20,000 nt of DNA from Lama guanicoe (GCA_013239625.1 MU053792.1:52126-72125); one strand, 5' to 3'. Shown: positions 1 to 11,869, counted from the first letter of the stretch. Numbers and translations: made by a program. The notes: generated by a model not told the origin, from the letters alone.

Positions 1-436
1 AGCAAGTAAATGGAACTGATAATTGAATGACTACGTTCATTGCTGTAGGGATATACTTTGTAAAAACAAGATAATATTCTACCTTGAAAGTGCAGCAGTG
101 CACAGCATGCACCTTTGTTGTGCATGGTCTAGAAATGACATATCTTATTACTTGTAATTTTGCACGCCTCCATGCAGTGGAGGCTCTCTTGAGTATTCCA
201 TTACGAGTTAAAATGACTAGTACATCTGTCTACAACCATTATTAAAATAATGAAAATCTAAAGCCCCATTCAGCTAGCTCTCAATGCTTTTACCTCTCCT
301 TATGCTGAATCCTTTCTGTAACCAGTAGCCTCAGTACAGAGAAAAGCAGGAGTCCTGGACACTGGAGATGTAGATTGACCAGCAAACCATTATCTCTGAG
401 AAAGAAATGTCCCCATTATCTGTTATTTCACTTACT

Positions 437-1330
437 AATTCATTCAGCAGATGTTTACTGAGCACCTATTATGTGCGAGGCACTGACATGAACACTGGAG
501 ATAAACAGTAATCTAAACTAATTGAATCCTTGCCTTCCTGGAGCTTACATATTAGTTGGTGAAAGATGGAAAGAAACAGGTGAAAAACTAAATAAATAAA
601 ATCATGGCATAAAGTGATCAGTATGCGAAAAAAATACAGAATGGTAAGAAAGGTTGCTCAGGGATGGCATATCTGATGGAATAAAATTTAGTTAAAGACA
701 AACAGGAGAATGCTATGTAGCTTTCCAGGAAGTGTGCAGAAATCAGAGGGAACGGTATGACCAATGACCTTAAAGAGAAACATTGTTCCTAAGAAGCAAG
801 AAGAAGAGCAAGAAAGCCAGTGGACCTAGAGTAAAATAAACAATAGGGACACTGGCAGGAGATAATGACAGAGCCTAAGTAAGATGGTAGATCGTTAGCG
901 CCTTGTTAACAATAGCCAAAATGTTGAGTATCTGGATAAATGGTAAAAATCCATTAAAGGTCTTCATTACATGTGAGAAAAAGATGTCTTTATCACTAGA
1001 GGTGTTTTCTGGAAGTCCATCTGTTTGCTCATATTAAAAGAGTTTATGACTGTCACAGAAGTGAAAGTTTGGGAGTCATTAGTGGTTAAAGATTCAGCCA
1101 TATAGAATGGTGTTACTGTAAGTACACTGAGCCAGAAAAATAGCATTCTTCAAAAGAATGTATAAAAGAAAAAAAGTACATGGCTGAAGAGCATGGGGAT
1201 AAGGCAGATGCGGGACTAGAGCAGCCATTACGAGGCAGAGAGCTGGATAAATTAGGGCAGCAATCGTTACTCAGTTCAGTAAATGAAAGCAGAGTTCTGG
1301 ACTAGAACAATTGCAGAAACTGGGCCAGAG
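437..1330 (-). mobile_element. LINE-2 (L2) 3' end and downstream fragments, ancient
   Basis: Begins ATTCATTCAGCAGATGTTTACTGAGCACCTATTATGTGCGAGGCACTG...CTGGAGATA...CCTTGCCTTCCTGGAGCTTACAT, the characteristic reverse-complement L2 3' terminus; degraded purine-rich L2-like sequence follows. The right boundary is approximate. Confidence 0.7.
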
Positions 1331-1499
1331 AAAGGCAGTTTTATTGACTTGTCTTTATGCTTGGAAACTTCACAAGATGACTATGGTAAACAGAATTCAA
1401 TTCTATTTTATCTTTCCATTTTCAAAATAGAAATTCAGTCTAGTGAAAATATGCCAGAATTAGAGAGTTTTATTGGACACCGGTGACCGTCTGATCTAC

Positions 1500-1672
1500 T
1501 GATTCTTGGCTTTGGCAGTATGCTAGATTCATTTGGGAAGAATAAAAAAATACTGATGCCTGTGCCCAATCCTGTATCTATTAAATCAGAATCTCTGGGA
1601 TGTAGGGTCTTGACATTATTTGCTTAGCTTCTTGCTTAACTGTATTGTGTAGGCACAGTTTATAACCACAGA
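1500..1672. mobile_element. MER5-family hAT-Charlie DNA transposon (MITE)
   Basis: AAAATACTGATGCCTGTGCCC...ATTAAATCAGAATCTCTGGGATGTAGGG matches the recalled MER5 core. Confidence 0.65.
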
Positions 1673-1689
1673 TCAATTTCTTACCTGTT

Positions 1690-1905
1690 TCTTCCAGCTC
1701 CATATTCCAAGGATTCTCATGGAAGTGACCATCATTTGATTATTTTTAGCTCTTTCCTGTATGGCATCAACATTTACCTCTATCCCTTGGTCACTTTTCT
1801 CTCCTATGAGGTCACACAGAGCAGTCTGCTCTGTCTTTCATTTGACAAATCTTCAGATATTTGAGACTCTCTTAAACCTCCTCTTCTACAAACATAGTGT
1901 TCTTA
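1690..1905 (-). mobile_element. possible CR1/L3 LINE fragment
   Basis: CTTCAGATATTTGAGAC...CCTCCTCTTCTACAAAC resembles the L3/CR1 3' region in reverse orientation; highly diverged. Confidence 0.3.
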
Positions 1906-1934
1906 TTACTACAATTATTTTTTCCTAATGCATT

Positions 1935-2615
1935 GTTTTTTATTTTTTCTTGAAGTATGGTGAGTTTATAACATTGTGTTAGTTTCTGCTATAGAGCATA
2001 GTGATTCAGTTAAATATATATATATATTAAATATATATATATATGTATGCACACACATATATATAGATTCCTTTTCATATTCTTTTCCATGATATGCTAT
2101 TACAAGGTATTGACTATAGTTCCCTGTGCTATACAGCAGGATCTTGTTGCTTATCTATTTTATATATGGTAGTTGGTATCTTCAAATCCAGAATCCCTGT
2201 TTATTGCTCCACCCTCTGTACCAACTGGCCCCCCCAGTTACCATGAGTTTGTTTTCTATGTCTGTGAATCTGTTTCTGTTTTTTAAATAAGTTAATTTGT
2301 GTCTTTTTTTAGATTCCACATATGAGTGATATCATATGATAATTTTCTTTCTCTTTCTGGCTTAATTCACTTAGTATGACAATCTCCCGGTCCATCCATG
2401 TTGCTGCAAATGCATTATTTTATTCTTTTTTATCACTGAGTAATATTCCATTGTATATGCATACCACTTCCATGTCTTCACTATTGTAAATACTTCTACT
2501 GTGAACATTGGGGTACATGTATCTTTTCAAATTAGAGTTTCCTCCAGATATTTATCCAGGAGTGGAATTGCTGGATCATATGGTAAGTTTATTTTTTTTT
2601 AAAGGAACCTCCAAA
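1935..2615 (-). mobile_element. L1 3' end (3'UTR plus ORF2 C-terminal part), 5'-truncated
   Basis: T-rich tail, then TTGAAGTAT...ATAGTGATTCAGT, TATAGTTCCCTGTGCTATACAG, TAGATTCCACATATGAGTGATATCAT, CACTTAGTATGACAATCTC, AGGAGTGGAATTGCTGGATCATATGGTA, AAGGAACCTCCA: canonical laurasiatherian L1 3' landmarks. An internal (TA)n tract lies at about 2013-2065. Confidence 0.9.
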
Positions 2616-2789
2616 CACAGTTTATAGAATTATAAAATAATACTATAAAGAAAATCACAGAAAAGACAGTACCATTTAGAAAAACACACTAGGATTATAG
2701 CAGATTATTTGTGAGAAACTATGTAAGACAGAAGACAATGAAGTAACAGATTTAAACAATTGAAAGAAAATAAACAAACAAAAAATAAA

Positions 2790-3400
2790 ACAAGGAGAGA
2801 AACAAACAAAAACTGAAAAGCCAGAACCCTGAGCCAATGAAAATGTGTTTGAAAACTTAAGGTGAAATAAACATTTGTCCAGACAAACAATAACTGAGAA
2901 AACTCATTTTGCTGTAAGAAATATTCAAGGAAGTGTTCGTCACAGAAGGAATATAAGACCAGAGAGAAACATGAAAATTAGAAATAAATTAAGATCTGTA
3001 GATGGTAAACTTGAATATATGTATGATACTATTTTTCTTTTTAAAAATTGCTTGAGATGAATGTATCCTGTTTGAAAATGGTAGTAATGTATTTTGGAGT
3101 TTGTAAACTATTAAAAAGTAAAACGTTTGACAAAAATAGCACACAGAAAGGGAGGGAAGAATTGGAAATATGTTGCTGTATGATTCTTTAATTGTATAAG
3201 AAATGGAGCAATATTATTTGAAAGTAAACTTGTGATAAGTTACATAAGTATATTGGACATTACGAAGCAATCTCTAAATTAAAGAAAATTAGGAAATGTG
3301 TTATACTGGTATAAATAAAATGGAGTCATAAAAAACAACCAAATTAACTCGATGAATCCCAAATAATATAAAAACTAAAGACAACAACAAGAACAAAAAA
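2790..3400 (+). mobile_element. old L1M fragment (ORF1 C-terminus and inter-ORF region)
   Basis: AAGGTGAAATAAACATTTGTCCAGACAAACAATAACTGAGAAA resembles the ORF1 C-terminal 'EGEIKTFSDKQKLRE' coding region, followed by typical inter-ORF text (TGACAAAAATAGCAC...TATTATTTGAAAGTAAACTTGTGATAAGTT). Confidence 0.65.
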
Positions 3401-3406
3401 GAGCTG

Positions 3407-5044
3407 GAGGGTCAGTGGCAAGATGGCAAAGTAGAACAACCCTGAGCTCACCTCCTCTCACAGGTACACCAAAATCACAATTATTTGCAGAAAAATGATT
3501 GATAAAAAGACCAGAACCTACCAGAAAAGATCTTCTACAACTAAAAATATAAAGAAGAGGCCACAAAAAAAAAAAAGATAGGAAGGGAAGAGTTGTGACA
3601 TGGGCAAGTCCCATACACCTGGTGGCTGAACCATACACAGAAGAATTACTATTGAAGAAGTTCTCCCAAAAGAGTGAGGGGCCCAAGCCCCACACTGGGA
3701 CACCCAATATGGGAGCCTTACACCGGGAAGATGAGCCCCCAGAGCATTTGGCTTTGAAGGCCAGCAGGGCTCACTTTGGGGAGTCCCAGAGGCCTGGGGG
3801 AAATAAAGACTTCACTCTTAAAAGGTGCAGATCTCACATGCTTTGAAACCCAGGGCAGAAGCAATCATTTGGAAGGAGCCAGGGTTGGATCTTCTCGCTG
3901 ACCCTGGAGAGGCCCCCAGAGGGGCAAGAGGCAACTGCAGCTCATCCTGAGGACACAGAGGCAGCCATTTAAATGGGCTCCTTTTTCCACGTGGACACCA
4001 GTGCAAACATTTTGAGATCCTCCGTCTAGGTTATTAACCCCAGGACGCAGCCCCAGCCTGGTCCAACAGCCTGTAGGCTGCAGTGCTGAAATGCCTCAAG
4101 CCGGGCAACTAACTGGGTAGGGACACAGCCCAACCACCTGCAGACAGGCTGTCGTAAGACCCCCATGAGCCCACGGCTGCCCTTAGACATGACCTTGCCC
4201 ACAAGAGGGCCCAGGGCCCAGCCTCACACATCAGTGTGCAGGCACTAGACCTGGGACCCCCCAAGGCCCTCTAGCCAAAGACCCTGAGATGCAGCCTCAT
4301 CCACCAGAGGACAGACACCAGCAGTAAGAAAGCTGTAAGAAAACCACAACCTTGTAGGCTGTGGAAACAACCCAACCACTAGCCATCCAGATGCTGCCCT
4401 GGGACTGGCTGGGCCCTGGCCTGGCCCGGCCCACTAGTAGGCCAAGAAGGGCTGTAAGACAGCCCAGATCCTGCAGCCAACTGCATCTTAACTACCATTA
4501 ATCTGACACAAGTTCTGGGAACCCTGGGCTCTGACACAAGACTCTAGGACCTGGCTCCACTAGCCAGTAGGCCATCACTAGCCCCAGGACCTGGTTTCAT
4601 CCATCAATTAGAAGGAAACAGCCCTGTGGTGTCCTGGATGCTGACTGCCTACCAGAAAGTCAGCATTAGTTCCAGAGTTCCCCACCCCTTGCGGCCCTGC
4701 AGTCAGCCACCTCGTGATCTGATCCCACCAGCCAGGGGCTGGCAGCCTTTACACAAGGCAGGTCCTGGTAGCCAGTTGGACTGAGGGACAACTAAGCCTG
4801 CCAGACTGCCCACAGTCAGCCCACCACAACGGAAAGATCCATGCAGCCCTCAGTGGGGGAATTCCAGAGCATATCGTCTGGTAGTGGGAGGACAGTGTGC
4901 TCTGGGATGCAGCGGGTGTCTCCAAAAAAGACTGTTCTCCAAGGTCACGAAATATGACCAGCCTACTATATATATATATGTATGTATGTATGTATACACA
5001 CACACACACACACATCCCCTGTGTGTGTGTATATATACATATAT

Positions 5045-5076
<32 letters not shown>

Positions 5077-5498
5077 ATTTAGCAATTTAGGCAAATGAAG
5101 TGACAGAGAAACGTGTTCCAAATGAAGGAACATCATAAACCCCAGACGAAGAACTAAGAGAAAGTGGATAGAACCAATTTACCAAAGAAAGTGTTCAGAT
5201 TGGTGATCAAGGAGCTTGGGAGAAAAATGGATGCACAGAGCAAGAAATCAGTTTTTAACAATGAATGAGACTATATAAAGAACAAACAAACAGAGATCAA
5301 GGATACAGTAGAAAAATACACTGGAAGCCGTCAGCAGGAGACTAAATGAGACAGAGAAAACAGGTTAGTGAGCTGGAAGACACAGTGGTGGGAATCATGG
5401 ACTATGAATAGGAAAAAAGACAAAAGAATGAAAAGAAATGAGGACAGTTTAAAAGATCGCTGGGGCAATGTCAAGCACACTAATATTTGAATTATAAG
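3407..5498 (+). mobile_element. L1 5' end: GC-rich 5'UTR plus N-terminal half of ORF1, 3'-truncated
   Basis: Starts with the YY1-type CAAGATGGC (3419-3427) and CCTGAGCTCACCTCCTCTCAC, then a GC-rich UTR to about 4960. Decayed ORF1 from ATG 5095 includes ...ELGRKMDAQSKK...VSELEDTVV...KRMKRNEDSLKDRWGNVKHTNI*II (coiled coil and start of the RRM; cf. LRDLWDNIKRTNIRII). Confidence 0.88.
4967..5077. repeat. compound microsatellite (TA)n(TATG)n(CA)n-TCCCC-(TG)n...(TG)n
   Basis: Read directly; lies just upstream of the L1 ORF1 start. Confidence 0.95.
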
Positions 5499-7122
5499 TA
5501 CTATAAAATTTTCTTAAAAGTATTAATTATGTCAACACAATTCAAGTTACTTTCCAGTGTATTTTAGTATACACACGTTTAATCGTATGCCATCCATCAA
5601 CATACTCTTAAGAAAAGTACTCATAATTCACTCAGTAACCCTGGGAATTTATAGTGAGCTTATATTTCGATGTCAGAGTTCAATATTTCTCCTACCTAAG
5701 CAGAAAAATGTAAATATTAAAGTGCTCTCAGGCTTGTTACTCTGTGGGGTGCAGGTATGCAAAGATTATCAGTACACACATCACGCCTGGCATACGGGAA
5801 CTGTTTGGAGAGGCTTTAGAAGATACTGTTTTATTTTTGTGAAGCACAAACAGGAATAAAACACTAAGGCAAATCTGCCAATACCTAAGAGTTCCCAATA
5901 CTAAGAAAGACCTGATCAGAAACCTTCGGACTAAAGAAAGTGTTCTCATTATTAGATTAGACTATGTGGTGAGAATTTTCTTTGCACGCTAAGCTTGCAT
6001 AATTCTATAATATTTGGTACATAACAGAATTGTCAGTGAATTGCATAAAACGATTTAAAATGTAAGAGTGTTAGAAGTACTTTTAAACTCTAAAAATGAA
6101 ATTGCCTAACCCATTTCCTAATTTTGTATTTGTATTTTAGATTTTTATGATAAAGCTGATGCATATAATAAGCAAATGTCATAGAGCAAGTTAGTGCAGA
6201 GACAAAAGTTGAAATCAGATCCTTTGATGTTCAGTTCAGATGATTTTGTATAATGTTATATATAATACTATTTTCCTGTTCTTTCTGAATCTGTTTGAAT
6301 GTCTTTCTGGTGGTATTTTGTCAAACAGAATTATTTCAATGCATTTTGGTTGTTTTTTTCACTTTGAATTATACTTCTACATTCCTGGCTTGTTTTGTTC
6401 TTTTCTTTCCTTTTTTTTTTTTTTTTTTTTGTAGGAATATGAGGTTATATTATATAGTAGCTAATCTCCAAAGAACGTGTCTTTGATGACACAACAGTAA
6501 ATTCCATCATACTGGAAATGATGATTCTTGTGGTTTGAGTTATATACATGAAGTCTTTATCACAGCCATGCCTTAAATTAAAAACAGCTCTTCGAATAAG
6601 ACACAAATTAACAACATAATAAAAATAGTAAAGTAGCTAGATTCATGCTGGAGAATTGCCTATTTGTGCCAACAGATTTCCTTTCTTGATTTATTTATTG
6701 TATGGGTTCAGAGATAGGAAAAGATACATATCTTTATGAATTATCAAATGAATGAGGTAGTCTACGAATTTGCTTGAATTTCCAAGCTTGACAAGACAAA
6801 TCTTACTTAGGATTCAATAAGAAACAGATGTGACAGGTGCTTCTATTTGTTTAACAAGGACATGATGATGTTATTTGACCAAATCTAGAGGTGTTCATGT
6901 AACTTATGGTGACGTTTTGAAGTCATCAACCATTTTGGACCAAAAGGGTGAAGAAATTGTCCAAATGTCCTTTTCCAAAAATCTACCAGGTAATTAGACT
7001 GTTATAAATATTTTTATAAACCAAAATGAGATTTAAAGTGGAAAAAAATCCTCTGGGTAATTTGGGAAATAAGTAAATAAAACCAGAATTTATTTATCTT
7101 ATGTAATTACTTCAGGAGTTGG

Positions 7123-7123
<1 letters not shown>

Positions 7124-7168
<45 letters not shown>
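7124..7168. repeat. (CA)n microsatellite
   Basis: Read directly; one AA interruption. Confidence 0.95.
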
Positions 7169-7169
<1 letters not shown>

Positions 7170-7299
7170 ACTTTCAAAAGCTGGGCACAGTCCAGTGAGA
7201 AGGAAATGGACATTTCCCAGAGGTGGAACTGAGTGTAAGACTGCAGACGGTGCCAGGGGCCAGGGTGATTGGCTGAAGTATCCATGGAAGGATTTAGAG

Positions 7300-7493
7300 C
7301 AGGGATTGGCCATAAAAGTCTGGACAGTAAATATTTTAGGCTTTTCAGTCTCTGGACAATACTCAACTGCATTGTGGAAGTAATTGCAGACAATGCTTGA
7401 ACAAATTTATTGACAGTGTTTCTATAAAACTTTATTTAAAAAACACACAGAGAGGGCCAGGTTTGCCTTATGGGCTGGAGTTTGCTGACCCAG
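7300..7493 (+). mobile_element. MER58A-like hAT-Charlie MITE, near full length
   Basis: CAGGGATTGGC...AGTAAATATTTTAGGCTTT...TACTCAACT...ATAAAACTTTATTTA...AGTTTGCTGACCC matches the recalled MER58A consensus, including degenerate terminal inverted repeats. Confidence 0.8.
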
Positions 7494-7514
7494 CCCGATA
7501 CAGAAAATAGTAGA

Positions 7515-7645
7515 AAGACCAGAGGACTTGAACTGAGAAAATGCAGATTCAAATTTATCGTCTTTAGTAGCCTTTTGAACTTGGCCAAACGTGTTATCTT
7601 TCTGAATTTCCCTTCTTGCTCACTGCAATATAATAAGTGGGGACT
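7515..7645 (+). mobile_element. MIR SINE fragment
   Basis: GATTCAAAT...TGAACTTGGCCAAAC...TCTTTCTGAATTTC...CTCACTGCAATAT resembles the MIR core. Confidence 0.45.
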
Positions 7646-8759
7646 GGAATGCTATAGAGATAAAAGGAAAGAACATAGACCTTTTAGTTAACAGGAACCA
7701 TAGAACACACAATCTTTAAAAACCTATCCCATCACATTTTTCCCCTCAACTGAAATGTAAAGTGATAGTAAATAGAAAGGATAAATTCACAAGGACAAAA
7801 TGGCAGGAGAGAAGAAGCCAGAGACAAGCCCCATCTGCACAAGTTTTGAATTTGGAAAGCTGAGACCTGAGTAGCAACTGCTTTATTAGAGTTAAAAGAG
7901 CTGAAAATTAAATATGCACAGCAGTGAAACTAAGAAGGAAGCTGCCCTGTGCTCCCAAAACTTCAGAAAGTTTGGGGAACTGACAGTTGGTACAGCCAAA
8001 GGTGAGGATGCTGGGTGATGCTAAACAGAGGGAAGTTGGTACGTGGGGCACTTAAACTGCCAGATCCACATGCCAGCCAGCAGAGCTTTCCTTCCCCACC
8101 CTTCCTCTGTGACAACAGATGGGAGATTTAGTCTCTGTATGTGTTGATGCAGTAGACTTTGAGCTCAGGGACATTAAGCTGACTGAAGATGGGTATTTAG
8201 TCTTACTGAATACAAAGAGGCTTAAATATAATCAGTATTCTGACTGATTGCCCCTCAGCTGTCTGCCTGAAATTCACCAGAATACTGACAATATTCAAGA
8301 TTATGAGCCTGGTAGAAATTGACTGGTGATGTAAGAGGGAAATAAAACAACTTTGCATATTTCATATTGATGTGACCAGGACAGATATTCACCTCCTCTC
8401 CATTTTACCCAACTCAAAACCTGCCACTTAGCGTTCTACTGTCTCACTTTAAAAATGACGTCAAAATTACCAGATATTTGAAAAACAGCCCTAACATGAA
8501 TGGTAGAGACAAAAACAAATAAACAGACTAAAAAATTTTAAGGAAACAGTGACCACACGGAGTAGAGGGGGAAACTTTCAAAATGTATAATTATATCACC
8601 AGAGAGATAAAATAAAATATCTTATTCATAAAACCAGGAAAGAATGCTATTTATAAAAAGGAATATCCAGAGAACAAAAACAAAAACAGGGAACTAAAAA
8701 CTATGACAGCAGAAAATTTAAAATTGAACGTAATGATTGAAGCATGGCCTCACCACCCT

Positions 8760-8925
8760 AGAGAATTTCTCAAATTTTACTGCACATATAAATCACTTAG
8801 AAAATTTGACCAAATGCAAATTATGATTTAGTATCTCAGGGGCTGGACCTGAGATGATGCACTTCTAACAGGCTTGCCGATGACATTGATGCTGCCGATC
8901 TCAAACACACTTTGAGATACAAAGC
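8760..8925 (+). mobile_element. MER5A-like hAT-Charlie MITE nested in the HAL1-like element
   Basis: TTTCTCAAATTTTACTGCACATATAAATCAC...AAATGCAAATT...CCTGAGAT..TGCACTTCTAACAGGCT...GATGCTGC...CACACTTTGAG. Confidence 0.8.
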
Positions 8926-9258
8926 TCTGTTTTATAAAGTAAACAAAGAGATGGAAATCAGAGAGAAAATAAGAAATTAGAGTATCAGTCTAGGGGATTT
9001 TATATCTGCCCAAGAGCAGGCCAGAAAGAGAAAGAAAGAAGAAACTCTTGGGGGAAAATTTTTAAAAGACAAAAAAAGACAATTTTCCAGAAGATGAGTT
9101 TCTACATTGAAAGGGCTACTAAGTGTCTAGCACAGTAAGTGAAAAATGATCTACAGCAAGTCACATGATAAGAAAGTTTCAGAATATAATGCAGAGCTAA
9201 AAAGAAGACCATAAAAACTTCCAGAATATAATCACTCACACAAAATTCACTCCAGCCA

Positions 9259-9320
9259 ACACACACACACACACACACACACATACATAAACACACACAT
9301 GCATGTGCATATCCACACAC
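9259..9320. repeat. (CA)n microsatellite, imperfect 3' part
   Basis: Read directly. Confidence 0.9.
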
Positions 9321-10692
9321 AACCTCATAGCAAACTTTTCAAAAGCCAAATAGCCAGGTAGCAGATATAATAATATTGCTGCCAGTTTTTTTGAATTGCC
9401 TGATTCACAATCTGGTGTAGAACAAAATGAATACGTATTCAAAAAGGGATGGTCTGCAAATACTTTGAAGTAAAGGATTTAAAGAAGGCTGATGTAAACT
9501 TCCTGTGCTGCAGAAAGCAAGGGATCTTGCAAAAGAGAGAGGCAAAAGGAATTTCTGTAATGTTGGTAAAGTCAAAATTGACAGTTACATAACAGGTCTA
9601 CATAATAATCAACACTGATTGAAGCAGAGAACACATGTTTCCAGGAAAGATGTTACCATGAGTGGAGAGGGTCACTCAGTTAAAAGAATCACAGAAGAGT
9701 CTCAGGCTGGGCCCAGCGGATGAATGAGAAACCCTAATTGACTGAGTAGGTGACAAGCATTTTAAGTAAACTTAAATTAAAATGATTATTTCAAGGAAAG
9801 ATGAGAGATCCTTAGTGATAAGGTATCCAAAGAAATCATAGGTACTACACAAAACTGGATATTTCAATAATTAAAATGAGACTATTATTAGATCATGATG
9901 TGCCTGGAGGAATTTTTAATGTCCAAAAGATCCCAGAGGAACCAAGATACCTGCCTTAGCCTTACAGAGTAGGTTTTAATCATCTGTGGGAGAGAAGAAG
10001 AAAGGTCATTTCCGGTTCCATCCTGCAATTCCAGCTTGCTCAGTGTGAAGGCTGTTGTTAGAAGTTTTATGGGCTCAAGAGTGTTGCAAAGACTGTGACA
10101 CCGCTAATGCATGCTATTTTGGGGTCCCTGGGCAGAAGCTGGAAGCATGGCTGAATCAGTGAGACAGAAGGAGGTGGCATTGCATTTGATGACAGGGTTT
10201 GGAGAAACTATTGCCCCACTTCTTGAAAGGGTTAGAATACTTTTACCATCTGTGCTTTTGAAAACCACTGAAGTCAAGGGGACAGAATTGCAGGACGGTT
10301 ACATTGTCATAATCTCAAGGGGAGCCTCCATCAGCATCCTCTGACCCCGAAACAACGGATGTCATTTTAAAGCAAGTTGAAAAAGACAACAACAACGAAT
10401 TTTTATAAATTAGGCAACTGACCTGGAGGCTTATTACCCTGAGGAACTCCAGTTTTAAAGTAGAAGTTAAAGATATGTTGTGGGATAGGTGGTAATTTAG
10501 CCATAGGAGGTGGCAAAGGTAAGTAGGGAATCCTGGGACCTCTCTAACCTTTACACACTTGTCTCGATTCCATTCTCTGCATTGATAGATGAGGGCTATA
10601 CATAGGGCTGTAAAATTGATATCCATGTTAACATACAGAATGAACTGTATCTTTCTCAGAAGCCACAGAGAAATCAAAGTCATCTGAACAGC

Positions 10693-10778
10693 CATTCATT
10701 CACTTATTCACTCAACAGAATGTTTTGAGTATCCACTACGTGTCAAGCACCACACTAGCCATTGGCAAGATAAAAAAC
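10693..10778 (-). mobile_element. L2 3' end fragment
   Basis: CATTCATTCACTTATTCACTCAACAGAATGTTTTGAGTATCCACTACGTGTCAAGCAC. Confidence 0.7.
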
Positions 10779-11125
10779 TATCTATCTACACACACACACA
10801 CCCCCCTATACATATATATGTTATATATAATATTTACATTAATGTATATCTTGTTATATTAATATATAATATGTATTATATATTACTCCTAGTAATAATA
10901 TAATAATGTAGTATTATGTATAATGAATGAAATTAAGTTATAATACTATTATATTATAATCTATATTATCAGTATTATGTATAATATTGAGATAGTAATG
11001 TTACTGAATTATTAATATATTATCTTTTATGATGTATTTCATTATGTATTATATAATTACAGATAATATTATATTAATATATTTATATTATATATTTATA
11101 TATGGATATATAAACTTTTATAAAT
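10779..11125. repeat. AT-rich low-complexity / degenerate (TA,TATTA)n tract
   Basis: About 340 bp almost entirely A/T with recurring TATTATGTATAAT-like units, preceded by short (CTAT)n and (CA)n. Confidence 0.85.
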
Positions 11126-11869
11126 CCTACAGAAGCCTGAGGTTTTATAATTTTATATTGATCAGTAATGTTGACATCAGTTGAAATGTAGAAGACCATA
11201 AAGTACATATAATTGTAAATCAACTAATGGGTGAAATAAAAACTGACACATGATTATGTAAATCCTGTAATTAAATATTTATATTATGCATAAGAGAGTG
11301 TCTTGAGCAAGAATTTACTTGATAGAGATCTATTGTGTGCCTTCACCTTTATTTTTATGAGTTTTTCCTATATATTTCTTTGTTAATTTTAGAAAAAGTA
11401 CGTGTAACAGCAGATGCTAAGAAGAAACTAAATGATACAAATAAAGAGTGGTGATAAGGGACTTTATGAAGTCACGTGGTCTGTGCCCTGTTTCCACAGA
11501 GTCTTCTACTCTTACCCAACTTCCCTTCCATCCCCAGGGAAGGGAGTCAGTAGAACTAAAGAAGGACCTGAAGAGAGGACTTGCCTTCTCTACCTTGGAG
11601 AGACTTTGGTCCTTCTCCCTGCAAAGCCCATCCAACCATATCTCAACTGTGACCCTCTTCTGGCCCTCAGTGTTTTAGAGGCAAGCTCTGTCTCCTGGAG
11701 GATGTAGACATTCAGTAATTACTATGGAGATTATGTAAAACTAAACAATGTTGTTTTGAAAACCTTCTTAAGTATCTTTCTAGTAGATCACTGAGGAAAA
11801 TATATAACCACCTCTTAATGTTGCCTAGAGCCAGAAAGATGTCATTGATCGTTTCTGTGACCTTCCCTT

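Larger units (their letters stand above)
7700..9660 (+). mobile_element. HAL1-like / old L1ME element (5' region plus decayed ORF1-like region)
   Basis: A-rich ORF1-like tract with AATTACCAGATATTTG, CAGAGAGATAAAATAAAATAT, AATTTTCCAGAA..ATGAGTTTCTACATTGAAAGGGC..CTAAGTGTCTAGCACA, which are typical HAL1/L1ME landmarks; interrupted by MER5A and a (CA)n tract. Confidence 0.6.

Noticed and set aside
3375..4006. Overlapping 61-110 aa ORFs
   Set aside because: They lie in the GC-rich L1 5'UTR; chance ORFs with no recognisable domain.
4749..5090. ORFs rich in CV/HT/YI repeats (also 7107-7393, 9102-9442, 19502-19693)
   Set aside because: These are translations of (CA/TG/TA)n microsatellites.
10315..10695. 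Longest ORF in the window (126 aa, minus strand)
   Set aside because: No recognisable family; it starts at the edge of an L2 relic and has a composition typical of AT-rich non-coding DNA.
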